A stretch of 64,000 nt of DNA from Candidatus Bathyarchaeota archaeon (GCA_963827165.1 CAWGZR010000005.1:256001-320000), one strand, 5' to 3'. Positions 31,189 through 42,141 are shown, numbered from the stretch's first letter. Made by a program: numbers and translations. Notes: generated by a model not told the origin, from the sequence alone.

Positions 31189-31440
31189 ATGAGAGACGAG
31201 CTTCCCTTTCCAGACAAAGTCTTGCAAACACTGCATAACTTATGCGCTACAGCTGCCGATTTGGCGAGAAGAGGAGAAGAAGTTGCGAGGCTCATGCAAA
31301 AAGACCCGGTAGAAATCGAAAATATCCTTGATCAATACAAGTCTGAAGGTTTTGCTGAAAGCTTCTTTGATAATGAAGGAAAGAAAAGGTACTATCTCAC
31401 TGGAAGAGGAATAATCAAAGTGTGCTCGCTTTTCACGTAG
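31189..31440 (+). CDS. Small winged-helix-like protein
   Basis: 83 aa with a YYLTGRG wing motif; GGTGG upstream. Confidence 0.65.
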   Translation: MRDELPFPDKVLQTLHNLCATAADLARRGEEVARLMQKDPVEIENILDQYKSEGFAESFFDNEGKKRYYLTGRGIIKVCSLFT

Positions 31441-31447
31441 TGAAAAC

Positions 31448-32074
31448 ATGCGTGTGATCATTTTTTCTTGGGAGTATCCTCCGAGGGTTATAGGTAAACT
31501 CGCAGATTACGTGAAGGCATTAACAAACGTGCTATCCAGCAACAATGTCGAAGTAAACGTCATAACCTACGACGATTCCGCAACAGGCTCAACTAAAGAA
31601 TCAAGTGGAGTGCAGACGATCCGAGTGTCAAACCCTGTTCGAACACACATTGGAGTTTTGACCTGGTTTTTAACGCTTAACCAAGAAGTCGAAAGAGCCG
31701 CCGCCAACGTTTATTATCAAACTAAAAAACAAATTGATTTAATTGACGTTTTTGATTGGCATTTTATTCCAGCGGCAGTTACCTTGAAAAACGGGTTAGG
31801 GATTCCGTTTGTTTATTCCGTTGAGAGTTTAGAGGATCATCGGTCCCAAGGATTAAGCACGTCTTATAACATGGCGATCAAAAGTATTGAGTGGCTGGGC
31901 TTTTATGAGGCACAAAAAGTCAGTGTCAAATCAGAATGGATGCGTGACGAAATCGTAAGAATTTACAAGGTTCCTATAGAAAAAATATCTGTGATTTCAA
32001 CCGACCCAGATCCTTGGGTGAAAGAGGTTCTTGAACTTTACAACAGCGTTTCCGGAGGCTTGGACCGCAAATGA
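31448..32074 (+). CDS. GT4 N-terminal-domain-only protein
   Basis: SWEYPPRVIG, FDW; lacks the C-terminal GRL..KG and EPFG..LEA nucleotide-sugar domain. Confidence 0.75.
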   Translation: MRVIIFSWEYPPRVIGKLADYVKALTNVLSSNNVEVNVITYDDSATGSTKESSGVQTIRVSNPVRTHIGVLTWFLTLNQEVERAAANVYYQTKKQIDLIDVFDWHFIPAAVTLKNGLGIPFVYSVESLEDHRSQGLSTSYNMAIKSIEWLGFYEAQKVSVKSEWMRDEIVRIYKVPIEKISVISTDPDPWVKEVLELYNSVSGGLDRK

Positions 32075-33279
32075 AAGATGACTTATCGGTTATGATGCTT
32101 AGTTGGGAGTTTCCCCCAAGGGTCATCGGAGGGATTTCACCTCATGTTTACTTCTTGTCAAAGAACCTTGCGAAGCAGGGAGTAAAAGTCTACGTGGTAA
32201 CGTGCGATTTTCCTGATGCACCGACGCATGAAGTGATTGACGACGTGGAAGTTTACCGAATTGACTCATACAAGAATCCATCGCCTGACTTTGCCACTTG
32301 GGTCTATCTGATGAACCTTAACATGCAAAAAGAAACAGCGGCCTTAACAAAGAAGATCGGTGGACAAATCGATGTTTTCCATGCTCATGATTGGCTTGTG
32401 GCTAACGCGGGAATAGGGCTTAAACATGTTTTCCGAAAACCGCTTCTAGTAACTATGCATTCAACCGAGATGGGTAGACGAGACGGGTTACACAGCAACA
32501 CAGAAAAAATGATTCATGAAACAGAAGCATGGCTGACCTATGAAGCGTGGAAGGTTGTGTGCTGTAGCGAATACATGATTTCACATGTCAAATGGGCTTT
32601 TGGGCTTCCAAACGACAAACTGGTAATGGTTCCAAACGGAGTAAACACCCAGAACTACAAAAACGGCGCCGGTGTTGACTTGAAAGATTTCAGGAACAAA
32701 TTCGCTTTACCTGAAGAAAAAATAGTACTTTTCGTCGGCAGATTAGTCTACGAAAAAGGCATACACATTTTGATCAATGCGGTTCCAAAAATTCTGGCTA
32801 AAGTCAATGCGAAATTCATAATCGTTGGCAGCGGCTACATGAAAGAGCAACTCCTGAACATAGTGCGAAGCATGGGGCTTGAGCATAAAGTTCTCTTTGA
32901 AGGCTTTCTAGATGAGCAAACCTTGTTAAAACTTCAACAGTGCGCTGATGTTTCCGTAGTACCTTCGCTTTTTGAACCCTTCGGCATCGTAGCCTTGGAA
33001 GCTATGGCGGCGAAAAGCCCAGTTGTGGCGTCTGATACTGGGGGCTTATCTGAAATCATTGAACATGACGTTACAGGAGTTAAGGTTTACCCGAACAACC
33101 CTGACTCGTTAGCCTGGGGAATAAACAAAGTACTTCTTGATAATACCTATAGTCAACGCCTCAAAGAAAACGCTTACAAGAGGGTTCTGGAAAGGTACGA
33201 CTGGGGAAAAATTGCGGAGCAAACCCAGAGCCTGTACGAGGGCGTTTTAGGTGAGTACTCCAAGAGTTTCTGGGCCTAA
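32071..33279 (+). CDS. GT4 glycosyltransferase (glycogen synthase-like)
   Basis: SWEFPPRVIGG, HAHDW, GRLVYEKG, EPFGIVALEAM. Confidence 0.9.
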   Translation: MKDDLSVMMLSWEFPPRVIGGISPHVYFLSKNLAKQGVKVYVVTCDFPDAPTHEVIDDVEVYRIDSYKNPSPDFATWVYLMNLNMQKETAALTKKIGGQIDVFHAHDWLVANAGIGLKHVFRKPLLVTMHSTEMGRRDGLHSNTEKMIHETEAWLTYEAWKVVCCSEYMISHVKWAFGLPNDKLVMVPNGVNTQNYKNGAGVDLKDFRNKFALPEEKIVLFVGRLVYEKGIHILINAVPKILAKVNAKFIIVGSGYMKEQLLNIVRSMGLEHKVLFEGFLDEQTLLKLQQCADVSVVPSLFEPFGIVALEAMAAKSPVVASDTGGLSEIIEHDVTGVKVYPNNPDSLAWGINKVLLDNTYSQRLKENAYKRVLERYDWGKIAEQTQSLYEGVLGEYSKSFWA

Positions 33280-33281
33280 AG

Positions 33282-34655
33282 CTACTTGCCAATAACCTTG
33301 ACGTTTTCAACTTGAATCCATGGAGAAATCAACTGCCCCATCTGCCGCTCGTTGCTTCCGACTAAACTTACGTTTTTAAGCACTTCAAAAATGTTGCCTG
33401 CCAACATAACCCCTCTACTGCAATGGGTTATTTCGCCTTTCTTTATTTTCCAAGCAGGCGTTGCAACGACCGAGAATTCCCCGCTCACCGGGTTGCTACT
33501 GTGCGCACCTTGCAAGTAATATACAATTAATCCATCATCAACTTCTTTCAGCATTTCATCGCCAGTCTTGTTTCCCGGCAGCAGATGGAAGTTCGTGGTG
33601 TCTATGCTAGGAGTCGATAGGTACCCGCCTCTCCCAGCATTCCCAGTGCTTTCTTTTCCTTCCTTTTTCGCTGAATAATTATCATACAGGAAATTACGCA
33701 AGATGCCTTTCTCGATGACAGCTGTTTTCTGGTGAGGCACTCCCTCACCGTCGAAAGCCCAAGTGCGAAGCCCTCCTGGGAAGAGACCGTCATCGTAAAT
33801 TGTGAGGTTTTCAGAGGCCACTTTTTCTCCGATTTTCCCCTTAAAAGGCGACTGATTCCTCTGCACACTATCAGCCCTAACAGCGTTTATCAGGGTATAC
33901 GCAAAAAGATCCTGTAACGCGAATTGGGTAAGTATAAGAGTGGTGGATTTGGTTTCAACTGACTTGGTTTTCAATGCTGAAACAGCAAGTTTCGCTGCTT
34001 CCTTACCGACCCAAACGGGATCAATCTCGTAGGTTCTTGAAGCGTTAAATTCAAAACAGACGGGCGTGACTAGGTTGCCTTCTTTAGCCAAGGTTGCGAT
34101 GCTGCATTCAACCACCGTTCCCTTGTCGAAACCGGAGATTCCGTTTGAGTTGGCGATTGCGTTAGAAATGTAGGCGCAACCTATTCCGCCCTCAATTGGG
34201 AAGACGCGTTTATCAACTTGACTAGCTGCCTCCAGCATGGTGGAAGCCACATCAACCAATTCCTCGGACTCAAGTTCAACAACTTTGTCGTCGAACGTTT
34301 TTTCCAGCTTAGCGTAAGGCTTCTTTGGTGGCAGTCCCTTCCAGTCAGGGTCGGGTTGGCTTGCTTTTGCAGAGCTCAAAGCACTGTCGATTACATTGTC
34401 AATTGCTGTGGTTTCGTCGATGACGTTCGTGTAAGCGAAACCTACGGCTTTATTGACGGCTACCCGAATGCCTAAGCCTCGATCAATTATCCTGTTTGTT
34501 TTGCTGATTTGGCCTAGTTCAATGCCGATGTTTGTTGCTTGCCCCTCATATGTGTAAGCTTCTGCTTGCATAGCGCCTTTATTCAAAGCTTTGCTTACGG
34601 CGTTTTCCGCTAAACTTACCATTACGTCTTTTTTAAGAACTGCCACCGACAACAA
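33282..34655 (-). CDS. pmbA: PmbA/TldE-family protein
   Basis: FDGEG, STGNA, SGEFS motifs; no HExxH; adjacent to tldD. Confidence 0.88.
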   Translation of the reverse strand: MLSVAVLKKDVMVSLAENAVSKALNKGAMQAEAYTYEGQATNIGIELGQISKTNRIIDRGLGIRVAVNKAVGFAYTNVIDETTAIDNVIDSALSSAKASQPDPDWKGLPPKKPYAKLEKTFDDKVVELESEELVDVASTMLEAASQVDKRVFPIEGGIGCAYISNAIANSNGISGFDKGTVVECSIATLAKEGNLVTPVCFEFNASRTYEIDPVWVGKEAAKLAVSALKTKSVETKSTTLILTQFALQDLFAYTLINAVRADSVQRNQSPFKGKIGEKVASENLTIYDDGLFPGGLRTWAFDGEGVPHQKTAVIEKGILRNFLYDNYSAKKEGKESTGNAGRGGYLSTPSIDTTNFHLLPGNKTGDEMLKEVDDGLIVYYLQGAHSSNPVSGEFSVVATPAWKIKKGEITHCSRGVMLAGNIFEVLKNVSLVGSNERQMGQLISPWIQVENVKVIGK

Positions 34656-36018
34656 CCTCTTTTAATCTTATGTGCGGTCCACCATCACAGATAAAAGCTG
34701 TTTGACCTTTACCACACCTGCCTGGATCTAAAAGAAAATCTTTTCCAACGCCATCAACCTCATTCAAGGTTTCAAGTGTGTTACCGCTTATTGACGCATC
34801 ACGCACAAGCGCGCCCACTTCCCCGTTGACTATTTCGTAACCCTCTTGGATGCCAACTTGAAAAGTGCCGTCAAGGTTCGCCTGTCCGCCTCTGAAACTC
34901 TTGAAGTAATACCCTTGTTTGACGCCTTCAACTAGCTCTTCAAACAATTGGTCTCTTGGCTGCATGTAGGTACATCGCATGCGAATTATTGGTTCCACCC
35001 TGAAATCTTCAGCCCTTGCGTTGCCCGTGGGTTTGGCACCGAATTTTTGGGCGGTCTCACGGTTATGCATCAAACCCGTGACGACGCCGTCTTTTATAAG
35101 CAATGTTTTCTGGGTTTGAACCCCTTCATCGTCGTATTTGAATGCGCCAAAAGAGCCTTCGACTGTGCCGTCATCGTAAAACGTGACGAGATCAGATCCT
35201 ATTTTCTTTCCCAAGTTATCTGCTAAGACGCCGCCTGAAAGAGCCAAGTCAGCTTCAGCTAGGTGCCCAAACGCTTCATGAACGAAAACTCCCACAACGT
35301 TCGGACCCAAAACAACAGGAAACTTTCCTCCCTTCAGCGACTTAGCTAATAGCTGTTCAATCGCTCGTTTGGCGACTTTTTCGCCTATTTCCTCAGGAGG
35401 CTGCTGATCAAAGACTTCGTAGCCTGCGGTTGAGCCTAATTCTTCTCGGCTAAAAGTGAAGACCCCTTCGTCTAAGGCCGAACCTGCGACTCTTGCCCAG
35501 ACATACAGCTTATCCTGTTCAATGCTTGAGCCCTCGCTGTTAACAAAATAGCTTGTGCCCGTTAAATCCATATAATCGATCGTGAAACTTTTTATTCGCT
35601 TGTCGTAGCTTAAACCTGTCTTGTTAACGGTCATGGCAGTTTTGATTTTGTCTTCCATCTGAATGTCCGTCGGGTTCTTTTTCGGTTTCGACCTCACGAT
35701 ATCGGTAACAACTTTAGCTTCGACAAGCTTAATCGGCGTTTTAATATGTAAACTCGCCATCTTCGCCATCTTACAGGCATCTGAAACAGCGCTCTCCAAA
35801 ATGATGTCATCCAAAGATCCAACCGAAGCGAACCCCCACGCGCCGTTTACAAGCACACGTAATGCTACGCCGCTTTCAATGCCCTGTTTTGCTGCCTCAA
35901 CCCGCTCTTCTTTGAGAGTTAGCATTGTTTTGTTAATTTTTTGTGCTCGGGCTTCAGCGTATTGTGCTCCGAACTTTTGGGTTGCGACATTGTTGATTTT
36001 GGTTAGAAGATCTTTCAA
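34633..36018 (-). CDS. tldD: TldD metalloprotease
   Basis: [27 protein letters not shown]. Confidence 0.92.
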   Translation of the reverse strand: MKDLLTKINNVATQKFGAQYAEARAQKINKTMLTLKEERVEAAKQGIESGVALRVLVNGAWGFASVGSLDDIILESAVSDACKMAKMASLHIKTPIKLVEAKVVTDIVRSKPKKNPTDIQMEDKIKTAMTVNKTGLSYDKRIKSFTIDYMDLTGTSYFVNSEGSSIEQDKLYVWARVAGSALDEGVFTFSREELGSTAGYEVFDQQPPEEIGEKVAKRAIEQLLAKSLKGGKFPVVLGPNVVGVFVHEAFGHLAEADLALSGGVLADNLGKKIGSDLVTFYDDGTVEGSFGAFKYDDEGVQTQKTLLIKDGVVTGLMHNRETAQKFGAKPTGNARAEDFRVEPIIRMRCTYMQPRDQLFEELVEGVKQGYYFKSFRGGQANLDGTFQVGIQEGYEIVNGEVGALVRDASISGNTLETLNEVDGVGKDFLLDPGRCGKGQTAFICDGGPHIRLKEVVVGGSS

Positions 36019-36117
36019 AGTTATCTGTCCTTTGTAAAGTGGGATGTTTATCTAGGATTATTTTGTAGGACTTAAACCGTTTTGTCTCTATCTTTCATCT
36101 GTTAGATCTTGTGTGTT

Positions 36118-37446
36118 TTACCAGAAATCAGACATGTTTAGCTGCTTGATTATAGCTATAGGCGGTTTCGGCTTAGCCTTCGGGGCGTCGACGTCAAGGA
36201 CAAGTTGGCCGTAGACCCCGTCAAATCCCGGAGTAACCTTTGCTTCGCCGTTCCTGACTTTGACTACGGCTTGGGCTATATGTATATCCACCAGCTTTGC
36301 CATGTCTTCCAGTGGAGCATCTATTAGAGTTGTGTACTCGTCGCCGAATTTTTCAGTTAACAGATTATAGTTTTTCCAGACTGCTTGGGTAGAGGGAGAG
36401 TCTGTGCCTATCACCGCAGCAATTATTTCGGAGAGCGGGAGCAAACGCATAAAGCCCGGAACGTCTTTTCGTTTGAATTCGGCGGGTCTATCCGCAAGTT
36501 CTTCAACTCGCTGCTCGACGCCCTTTGTGAGTTTTCGGCGGCATACTGGGCAGATGTTGCCGAACTTCATGGCTTCGCTTGGTGACATGGATACATTACA
36601 GTTGCGATGACCTGTCCAATGATATTTGCCGTAAGCTGGGTCAACTTCTATTGTAAACTTGAATCGTGCAGGGTCATTTTTGATTATGGCATCTGTGAGT
36701 TGTTGATAGCTGAATTTTTCAAGTTCGAACACGTTGGCTTCTCTTCCGATTCGCCATGGCCAGAAACTGTGGCAGTCGCTGTTTGAAACCAAAGCGTACT
36801 TGTCAAGGCTGCTGATGCGCCAATTCATCGGAGGATCGCTGCTGAGTCCTGTCTCCAAGGCGTGAATGTGGCGTGTCATATCTTGATAGCAGTCTTCAAC
36901 CGTGTCGAAACCGCTGAAGGCGCCGAAGATACTGAACCAGGGGGTCCAAGCATGCGCAGGAAAAACCATGTTCTCGTTTGAGACGGCCATGATTTCTTCA
37001 ACAAGCTGCGGTGCGGAAACATCCAAGATTGGTCTGCCGTCCGAGGCTAAATCGCCAAACTTTTTTAGGCGATCATTGATTTGATTTGCTGTCTCCAGGC
37101 TCGGCGTCAAAATGACGTGGTGTACTTTTTTGGATTCCCCTTTGTAATCGAATATCGTGCAGACCTCGGTTGTAAGCATGAATCGAACAGACGAATCGAG
37201 GTTGCCCGCGAGCTTGAATAAGCTTGTGTCGGGTTCTTGCATGAGGGTTTCGCTGATTTCTTTGAGCCACTGTGGGTGAGTGAAGTCTCCTGTGCCCACC
37301 AGGTTTAACCCTTTTATTTTTGAATAACGCGCGATTTCTTTTATGCTCATTTGTTCGCTTGTTGCCCTGCTGAATCGACCGTGGATATGCAAGTCAGCTA
37401 TAACTCTCAATGTTAGCGCCCAATCTCTAACTTGAACTTTAACCAT
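36118..37446 (-). CDS. Endonuclease Q family (PHP domain plus Zn ribbon)
   Basis: DLHIH, GTGDFTHP, PAHAWTPW, ETGLSSD, NSDCHS, GKYH, CPVC, PGFDGVYG. Confidence 0.9.
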   Translation of the reverse strand: MVKVQVRDWALTLRVIADLHIHGRFSRATSEQMSIKEIARYSKIKGLNLVGTGDFTHPQWLKEISETLMQEPDTSLFKLAGNLDSSVRFMLTTEVCTIFDYKGESKKVHHVILTPSLETANQINDRLKKFGDLASDGRPILDVSAPQLVEEIMAVSNENMVFPAHAWTPWFSIFGAFSGFDTVEDCYQDMTRHIHALETGLSSDPPMNWRISSLDKYALVSNSDCHSFWPWRIGREANVFELEKFSYQQLTDAIIKNDPARFKFTIEVDPAYGKYHWTGHRNCNVSMSPSEAMKFGNICPVCRRKLTKGVEQRVEELADRPAEFKRKDVPGFMRLLPLSEIIAAVIGTDSPSTQAVWKNYNLLTEKFGDEYTTLIDAPLEDMAKLVDIHIAQAVVKVRNGEAKVTPGFDGVYGQLVLDVDAPKAKPKPPIAIIKQLNMSDFW

Positions 37447-37496
37447 TTTAAGGCTTCGCTAAAACAATGGGAAAACTGGGAGAGGGTAGCGAAATC

Positions 37497-38072
37497 TTAC
37501 TGCGACTTGCAGTTTAGCTGATTAGTCCATGCGATCAATGCTTCAATCAGCTGCTTAATTAGTAGCCTTGTTTCTTGATTGGTTAGCTTGCCGCTAGCAT
37601 CCACATTCTCGGGAGCTGAAGAAAGCATGACTTCTGGCTGGTTACATGGCAGCATATTAACTCTAACAAACGATTGGCGAAGGTGATACTGCGCCCTCGC
37701 TCCTCCAAACCTTCCAGTTGACGCGCTCATTATGGCTACGGGTTTATTGGCTAACGCGTTGTCTCGGTATGGTCTGGAAGCCCAATCCATCGCATTTTTT
37801 AGAACGCCCGGGATTGAGTAGTTGTATTCGGGTGTTGCGATTAAGAGGGCGTCTGCATTCCTGATTTTCTCTTTGTACTCTTTTACTCTTTGGGGCAGAA
37901 TGTTTTCAAGGTCTTGGTTGAAGAGTGGTATGCCTTCTAAATCGAAAACTTCTATCGTAATGTTTTCAGGTGCCTCTTCAACTGCTGCCCGGACCAAAGC
38001 TTTATTGTATGAGGCTTTTCTTAGGCTCCCTGCGAAAGCGAGAATTTTGAATTGTTTCTGCGTGAAAATCAC
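37497..38072 (-). CDS. NADPH-dependent FMN reductase (ChrR-like)
   Basis: GSLRKASYN, PEYNYSIPGVLKNA, GGARAQ. Confidence 0.92.
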   Translation of the reverse strand: MIFTQKQFKILAFAGSLRKASYNKALVRAAVEEAPENITIEVFDLEGIPLFNQDLENILPQRVKEYKEKIRNADALLIATPEYNYSIPGVLKNAMDWASRPYRDNALANKPVAIMSASTGRFGGARAQYHLRQSFVRVNMLPCNQPEVMLSSAPENVDASGKLTNQETRLLIKQLIEALIAWTNQLNCKSQ

Positions 38073-38516
38073 CTGTGAAAGATGTCAATGGAAGCAAGCG
38101 GCTGACGGGATTTAAGGCTTTCCAGTTTACGCTTTTTTTATTGCTCACGATCTTTTTGATCTATTATTTGTGAGGTTTTCGGTAGTAAATTTGGGTGCCT
38201 CTGTCTGGTTGATGGCCTCACTTAGGGCTTGTTCTAAGTAGATTTTTTTTTTTGATTTGAGGGCTCGGAAAGCGATTTGCCGGCGGAGAAACCTTTGGAG
38301 AAAATCCAGGGAAACGACTTTGAGGGAGCTTATTCGTGGCATATAGTTGATTCAAATTGGCAATAAACAGTGCGTCATGCAGCTGCATGCACGAAGCGGC
38401 TCTTGGCCACTAAGGCTTATCAGATATTTTTCTCAGAATAGAAACTTCTGAAAAAGATAGTTGGCAATAAACATAATAACATTCTCAACATCTACCTCAA
38501 TAAGGAAGGTACCATA

Positions 38517-38978
38517 ATGCCAACAAAAGTTCTGCTCCAAACAAATATGGGCGATATAACAATAGAACTAAGAAATGATATGCCAATAACCACTGGCAAC
38601 TTCACAAACCTGGTTCAAAAAGGAACATACAACAACACAATCTTCCATCGAATCATCAAGGGATTCATGATTCAAGGCGGCGACCCAACTGGAACCGGAT
38701 ACGGGGACCCATCGATACCCGACATTAAAGATGAATTCACAGCCAACAACCGCAATGACAGAGGCACCATATCTATGGCGAACGCAGGTCCTAACACGGG
38801 CAGCAGCCAATTCTTCATCAATCTAGTGAACAACAATTTCCTAGACCTCAAGCATCCGGCATTCGGCAAAGTCATATCGGGCATGGATGTGGTTGACAAA
38901 ATTGCAGCAGCAAAAACAGACTCAAACGATAGGCCTCGACAAAACGTAACGATAATTACCGCATCAGTCTTATCCTAA
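38517..38978 (+). CDS. Cyclophilin-type peptidyl-prolyl isomerase
   Basis: FHRIIKGFMIQGGDP, MANAGPNTGSSQFFIN. Confidence 0.95.
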   Translation: MPTKVLLQTNMGDITIELRNDMPITTGNFTNLVQKGTYNNTIFHRIIKGFMIQGGDPTGTGYGDPSIPDIKDEFTANNRNDRGTISMANAGPNTGSSQFFINLVNNNFLDLKHPAFGKVISGMDVVDKIAAAKTDSNDRPRQNVTIITASVLS

Positions 38979-39056
38979 ACGCTCAACGCTTTTTCCAAAC
39001 AAAAACACAAGGAAAAAGGCATGCGCTACTTGTACCAAAAATAAAAAGTTGGAAAG

Positions 39057-39260
39057 CTATTTCTTCTTCTCTTCTTTCTCTTTCGGTTTCGAACCGATCT
39101 CTACCAGTTGAATGTTAACCTGATAGTTCTTGTCGCCGACCTGCATCTTGCCTTGGCCATAAAAACCTCGGCTTCCCGTGCTGAAGTTTTTCGGATTTAT
39201 GATAAATGGCTGCTTAGTTCCGTTTAGCTGAATAGTCGCCATATTTGGTTGATCACTCAT
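39057..39260 (-). CDS. Small hypothetical protein (FSTGSxG motif)
   Basis: PKNFSTGSRGFYGQGK...QVNIQLVEIGSK; AGGTGA SD upstream. Confidence 0.7.
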   Translation of the reverse strand: MSDQPNMATIQLNGTKQPFIINPKNFSTGSRGFYGQGKMQVGDKNYQVNIQLVEIGSKPKEKEEKKK

Positions 39261-39415
39261 TCATCGTCACCTTTGCTCTGGATTATTGTAACTGTGACTT
39301 TTCACCTTTTCGCTTCAATTTGCCTACAAGCATTCAAGCAATTATGCGCTTTGTCTGAAGCAATTAACTAACTACGCATGCATCAAACTGTTTACTTGTT
39401 TACTATATTAGTTTC

Positions 39416-40288
39416 TTATTGGCCAAAGAATGCTCCTAGCTCGGATTGTTTTCCGGTGTTTTTGGTCCTCGTTTTCTTTTGCGCCTCAGTTGTTAACCCC
39501 AGTTTTTCGATAAGTTGGAGACAGTTTTCCGGGGCATAACCGTGATAGTGATTGTTGAAGTAGCCGTAGACTTTTTTGACTTTGCTTGAGGTTTCCTGCA
39601 CTTTTGGAGCCCAAGCATCCAGTTCTTCTTCGCTGTACTTGTAGTCGAACCAAATGTCGTCGCCTTTACCATGCCACCTGAAATAAGCGAAATCAGTGGT
39701 CAAATGGATTTCTGGCGGAAGGAGCGGTTCATCGACAATTGTGTAGGCTACCGCATATCTCTCCAAAAGTCTAAAAGTCGCAGTTTCAGGAAGCAACCAA
39801 GTAACATTCCTGAATTCTACAGCGTACCTAAATGTGGGGTCAAGCAGTTTGAAGAAGTCTTCAAGGCTTTGGGGATTATAGGTGTACTTTGGAGGTAACT
39901 GGATGAGTAAACATGCAAGTTTTCCGCCCAACTGCAGAGGTCTCATTAAATCTAGAAACGCATATAGATCTGCTTTGACGTTTTTCTTTAAACCAAGCAT
40001 ATTGTCATGAGTTATCGTTTTAGGTAACTTAGCGGTGAATACAAAGTCGCTGGGTGAATACTTTAGCCACCCCATGACTGTTCCTTTAGAGGGATTACGG
40101 TAGAAGGTTGAATCTATTTCAGCAGTCTTGAAAACTCGTGAGTAAGCACGGAGTTTGCTCTGTCCGCTCTTAATCTTGTAGAAGTTTCCTTCCCACTCTT
40201 TGTAGCTCCATCCGCAAGTCCCCAAAACAATGTTATCTTCGCTCAAAGTACACGCCCAACTCTTTAACAACTTCATTGAGGTCAGCAT
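39416..40288 (-). CDS. DUF72 (YecE-like) protein; true start probably slightly downstream
   Basis: GTCGWSY, EIDSTFY, LIQLPP, AVEFR, YFRWHG, YFNNH. Confidence 0.92.
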   Translation of the reverse strand: MLTSMKLLKSWACTLSEDNIVLGTCGWSYKEWEGNFYKIKSGQSKLRAYSRVFKTAEIDSTFYRNPSKGTVMGWLKYSPSDFVFTAKLPKTITHDNMLGLKKNVKADLYAFLDLMRPLQLGGKLACLLIQLPPKYTYNPQSLEDFFKLLDPTFRYAVEFRNVTWLLPETATFRLLERYAVAYTIVDEPLLPPEIHLTTDFAYFRWHGKGDDIWFDYKYSEEELDAWAPKVQETSSKVKKVYGYFNNHYHGYAPENCLQLIEKLGLTTEAQKKTRTKNTGKQSELGAFFGQ

Positions 40289-41144
40289 AGTTTTTGTCTG
40301 GGATGCTGCTTAGGAATTCGGATAAGTGGGCTGTCTTGTTTTGTTTTACGTCGATGACTTTCCATCCTTGCTTTTTGATAAGTTCTGATTTGGAAGATGG
40401 AAAGGTTGCATCTTCAGCTAAAACAGTCTTCGCCGACTCTATACCAACAGAAGAAGTTGCGGGCAAGAACTTTCCTGTAGCCAAATGTTGTTGAAACCTC
40501 AAAGCATCAGAGTTCATTCTCAACCCGTGAAATGCCAGAATTAAAGTCTTTGAACCCGTTTCTTCAGTGCGCTGTTGTATTCCCAGCAGTTCATCGTCGG
40601 TGAATTGGTAGATGTTATGTTCTCCCCTACCGAAAAGCCTCGAATACGTAACATCCAATTTGTAGCGGGGCATTTGCTTAGATAGATCAACACTCTGCAC
40701 TATGTTAAAATCCTGCATTAACTGGATAACGCTTGGGGTTATCGTCGCTCGGTATTCCCAAGCAAGCGTTATCCCTTTCAAATTTAACGAAGAAAAAAAA
40801 CCTCTTGTTTCGCTGTCTATTACATAGCCTGCGGGTGTTTCGAGCACCAAATAGGGGGTTTGGAGGATTTCGGTATATTGCTTCATTTTGTAAAATACTT
40901 CGTAGGCTTCGTCGGTTGGTCTTAAACCTATTTTATGAGTTAGATCTTGGTGGCATCGAACTGAAAAAGTAAAGTCTTTTGGTACAGTTCTTCTCCATCT
41001 TTCAACGGTTTGAATCAAGGGGTACTGGTAGAAGGTGTTGTTGACTTCAACAAAATTAAATATTTCACTATAGGTTTTCAATCGGGGCTTATTTGCAACA
41101 TTAAAATAACCCCATCCACCTGTTCCCACAAGATAATCAGTCAA
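40233..41144 (-). CDS. Divergent DUF72 protein with C-terminal DUF2795-like domain
   Basis: VGTGGW, VEVNNTFY, YSRLFG; C-terminal FPSSKSELI...IPDKNY. Confidence 0.75.
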   Translation of the reverse strand: MTDYLVGTGGWGYFNVANKPRLKTYSEIFNFVEVNNTFYQYPLIQTVERWRRTVPKDFTFSVRCHQDLTHKIGLRPTDEAYEVFYKMKQYTEILQTPYLVLETPAGYVIDSETRGFFSSLNLKGITLAWEYRATITPSVIQLMQDFNIVQSVDLSKQMPRYKLDVTYSRLFGRGEHNIYQFTDDELLGIQQRTEETGSKTLILAFHGLRMNSDALRFQQHLATGKFLPATSSVGIESAKTVLAEDATFPSSKSELIKKQGWKVIDVKQNKTAHLSEFLSSIPDKNYADLNEVVKELGVYFERR

Positions 41145-41211
41145 TAATTATCCTCAAAAAGATATTGAGGTCTAATTATAATAACATTTAACGAACGATT
41201 ATTTGCCCCTA

Positions 41212-42141
41212 TTATTTAAGAATCCAGGGGTAACTTCGACTTACCGTCTCAACCACCGATTGAGGGGCAACTATACCTTCTTCGCAGATTATCCCATGAA
41301 TGAACCGGCTTGGAGTAACGTCGAAAGCTGGGTTCCTAACAGACAATTTCTCAGGGGCTTCACTCCAAACTTCAAGGGGACTTCGCTGCTCAATCCGCTC
41401 GTACGCCCCGAAGAGTGTTTCTGGGTCGAACTTTAGCAATTCCGAAACCACGTAAAACGGTTTTCTCGCTTCTTGCGCCAACACAGCTATGCTGCTGGTG
41501 CCAATCTTATTGACCACGTCGCCCTCGGAAGTTATGGCGTCAGCACCAACAGCTATGAGGTCGACGTCTCCCATGTAGGACCGCGCGGCTGAATCCACGA
41601 TAAACATGGTTTGAACGCCAAGCTCAACCATTTCCCGAGCCGTTATCCTTCCTTGGTATGCAGGTCGGGTTTCTGTGCAGATTACGCTGAATTCTTTGCC
41701 GTCTGCCTTGGCTTTGGCAATCATGCGAGTCACCGTTGATGAGTGGCAATGGGTAAAAACTAGCATGCCGTCGCAGATGCGTTTGGCACCTATTTCCGCT
41801 GTTCGCTCTCGGGAAGCCTCAAGATTCTGCAAAAACAAACCGACGTTTGACGTAACCAACTCGCGCAGGGCATCGACTTTTTCGGTGCTGCTATTTTGGG
41901 CTTGCAAGATGACGTATCGGAGGGCGTTTCTCATCAGTGGCTCAGTTTCTCTTGAAGCGGAAAGGATAGCTTGGGCTTCTTTGAGCTCAATTAAAAAGTC
42001 GCCTCTGTTTCTTGTCTGTGTGTTTTCCGCAAGCGCTTGGACGGCTTTAAGGGCCGCTATGGCAACGTTTCGTGCTCCTTGAACTTCAAGTCGCGTTATT
42101 CTTTCAGCCGCCATTTGGACTGTTTCACTCATTATTTTCAA
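41212..42141 (-). CDS. Ribose-1,5-bisphosphate isomerase / eIF2B-family protein
   Basis: THCHS, ETRPAYQG, VGADAI, NKIGT, NPAFDVTP. Confidence 0.85.
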   Translation of the reverse strand: MKIMSETVQMAAERITRLEVQGARNVAIAALKAVQALAENTQTRNRGDFLIELKEAQAILSASRETEPLMRNALRYVILQAQNSSTEKVDALRELVTSNVGLFLQNLEASRERTAEIGAKRICDGMLVFTHCHSSTVTRMIAKAKADGKEFSVICTETRPAYQGRITAREMVELGVQTMFIVDSAARSYMGDVDLIAVGADAITSEGDVVNKIGTSSIAVLAQEARKPFYVVSELLKFDPETLFGAYERIEQRSPLEVWSEAPEKLSVRNPAFDVTPSRFIHGIICEEGIVAPQSVVETVSRSYPWILK

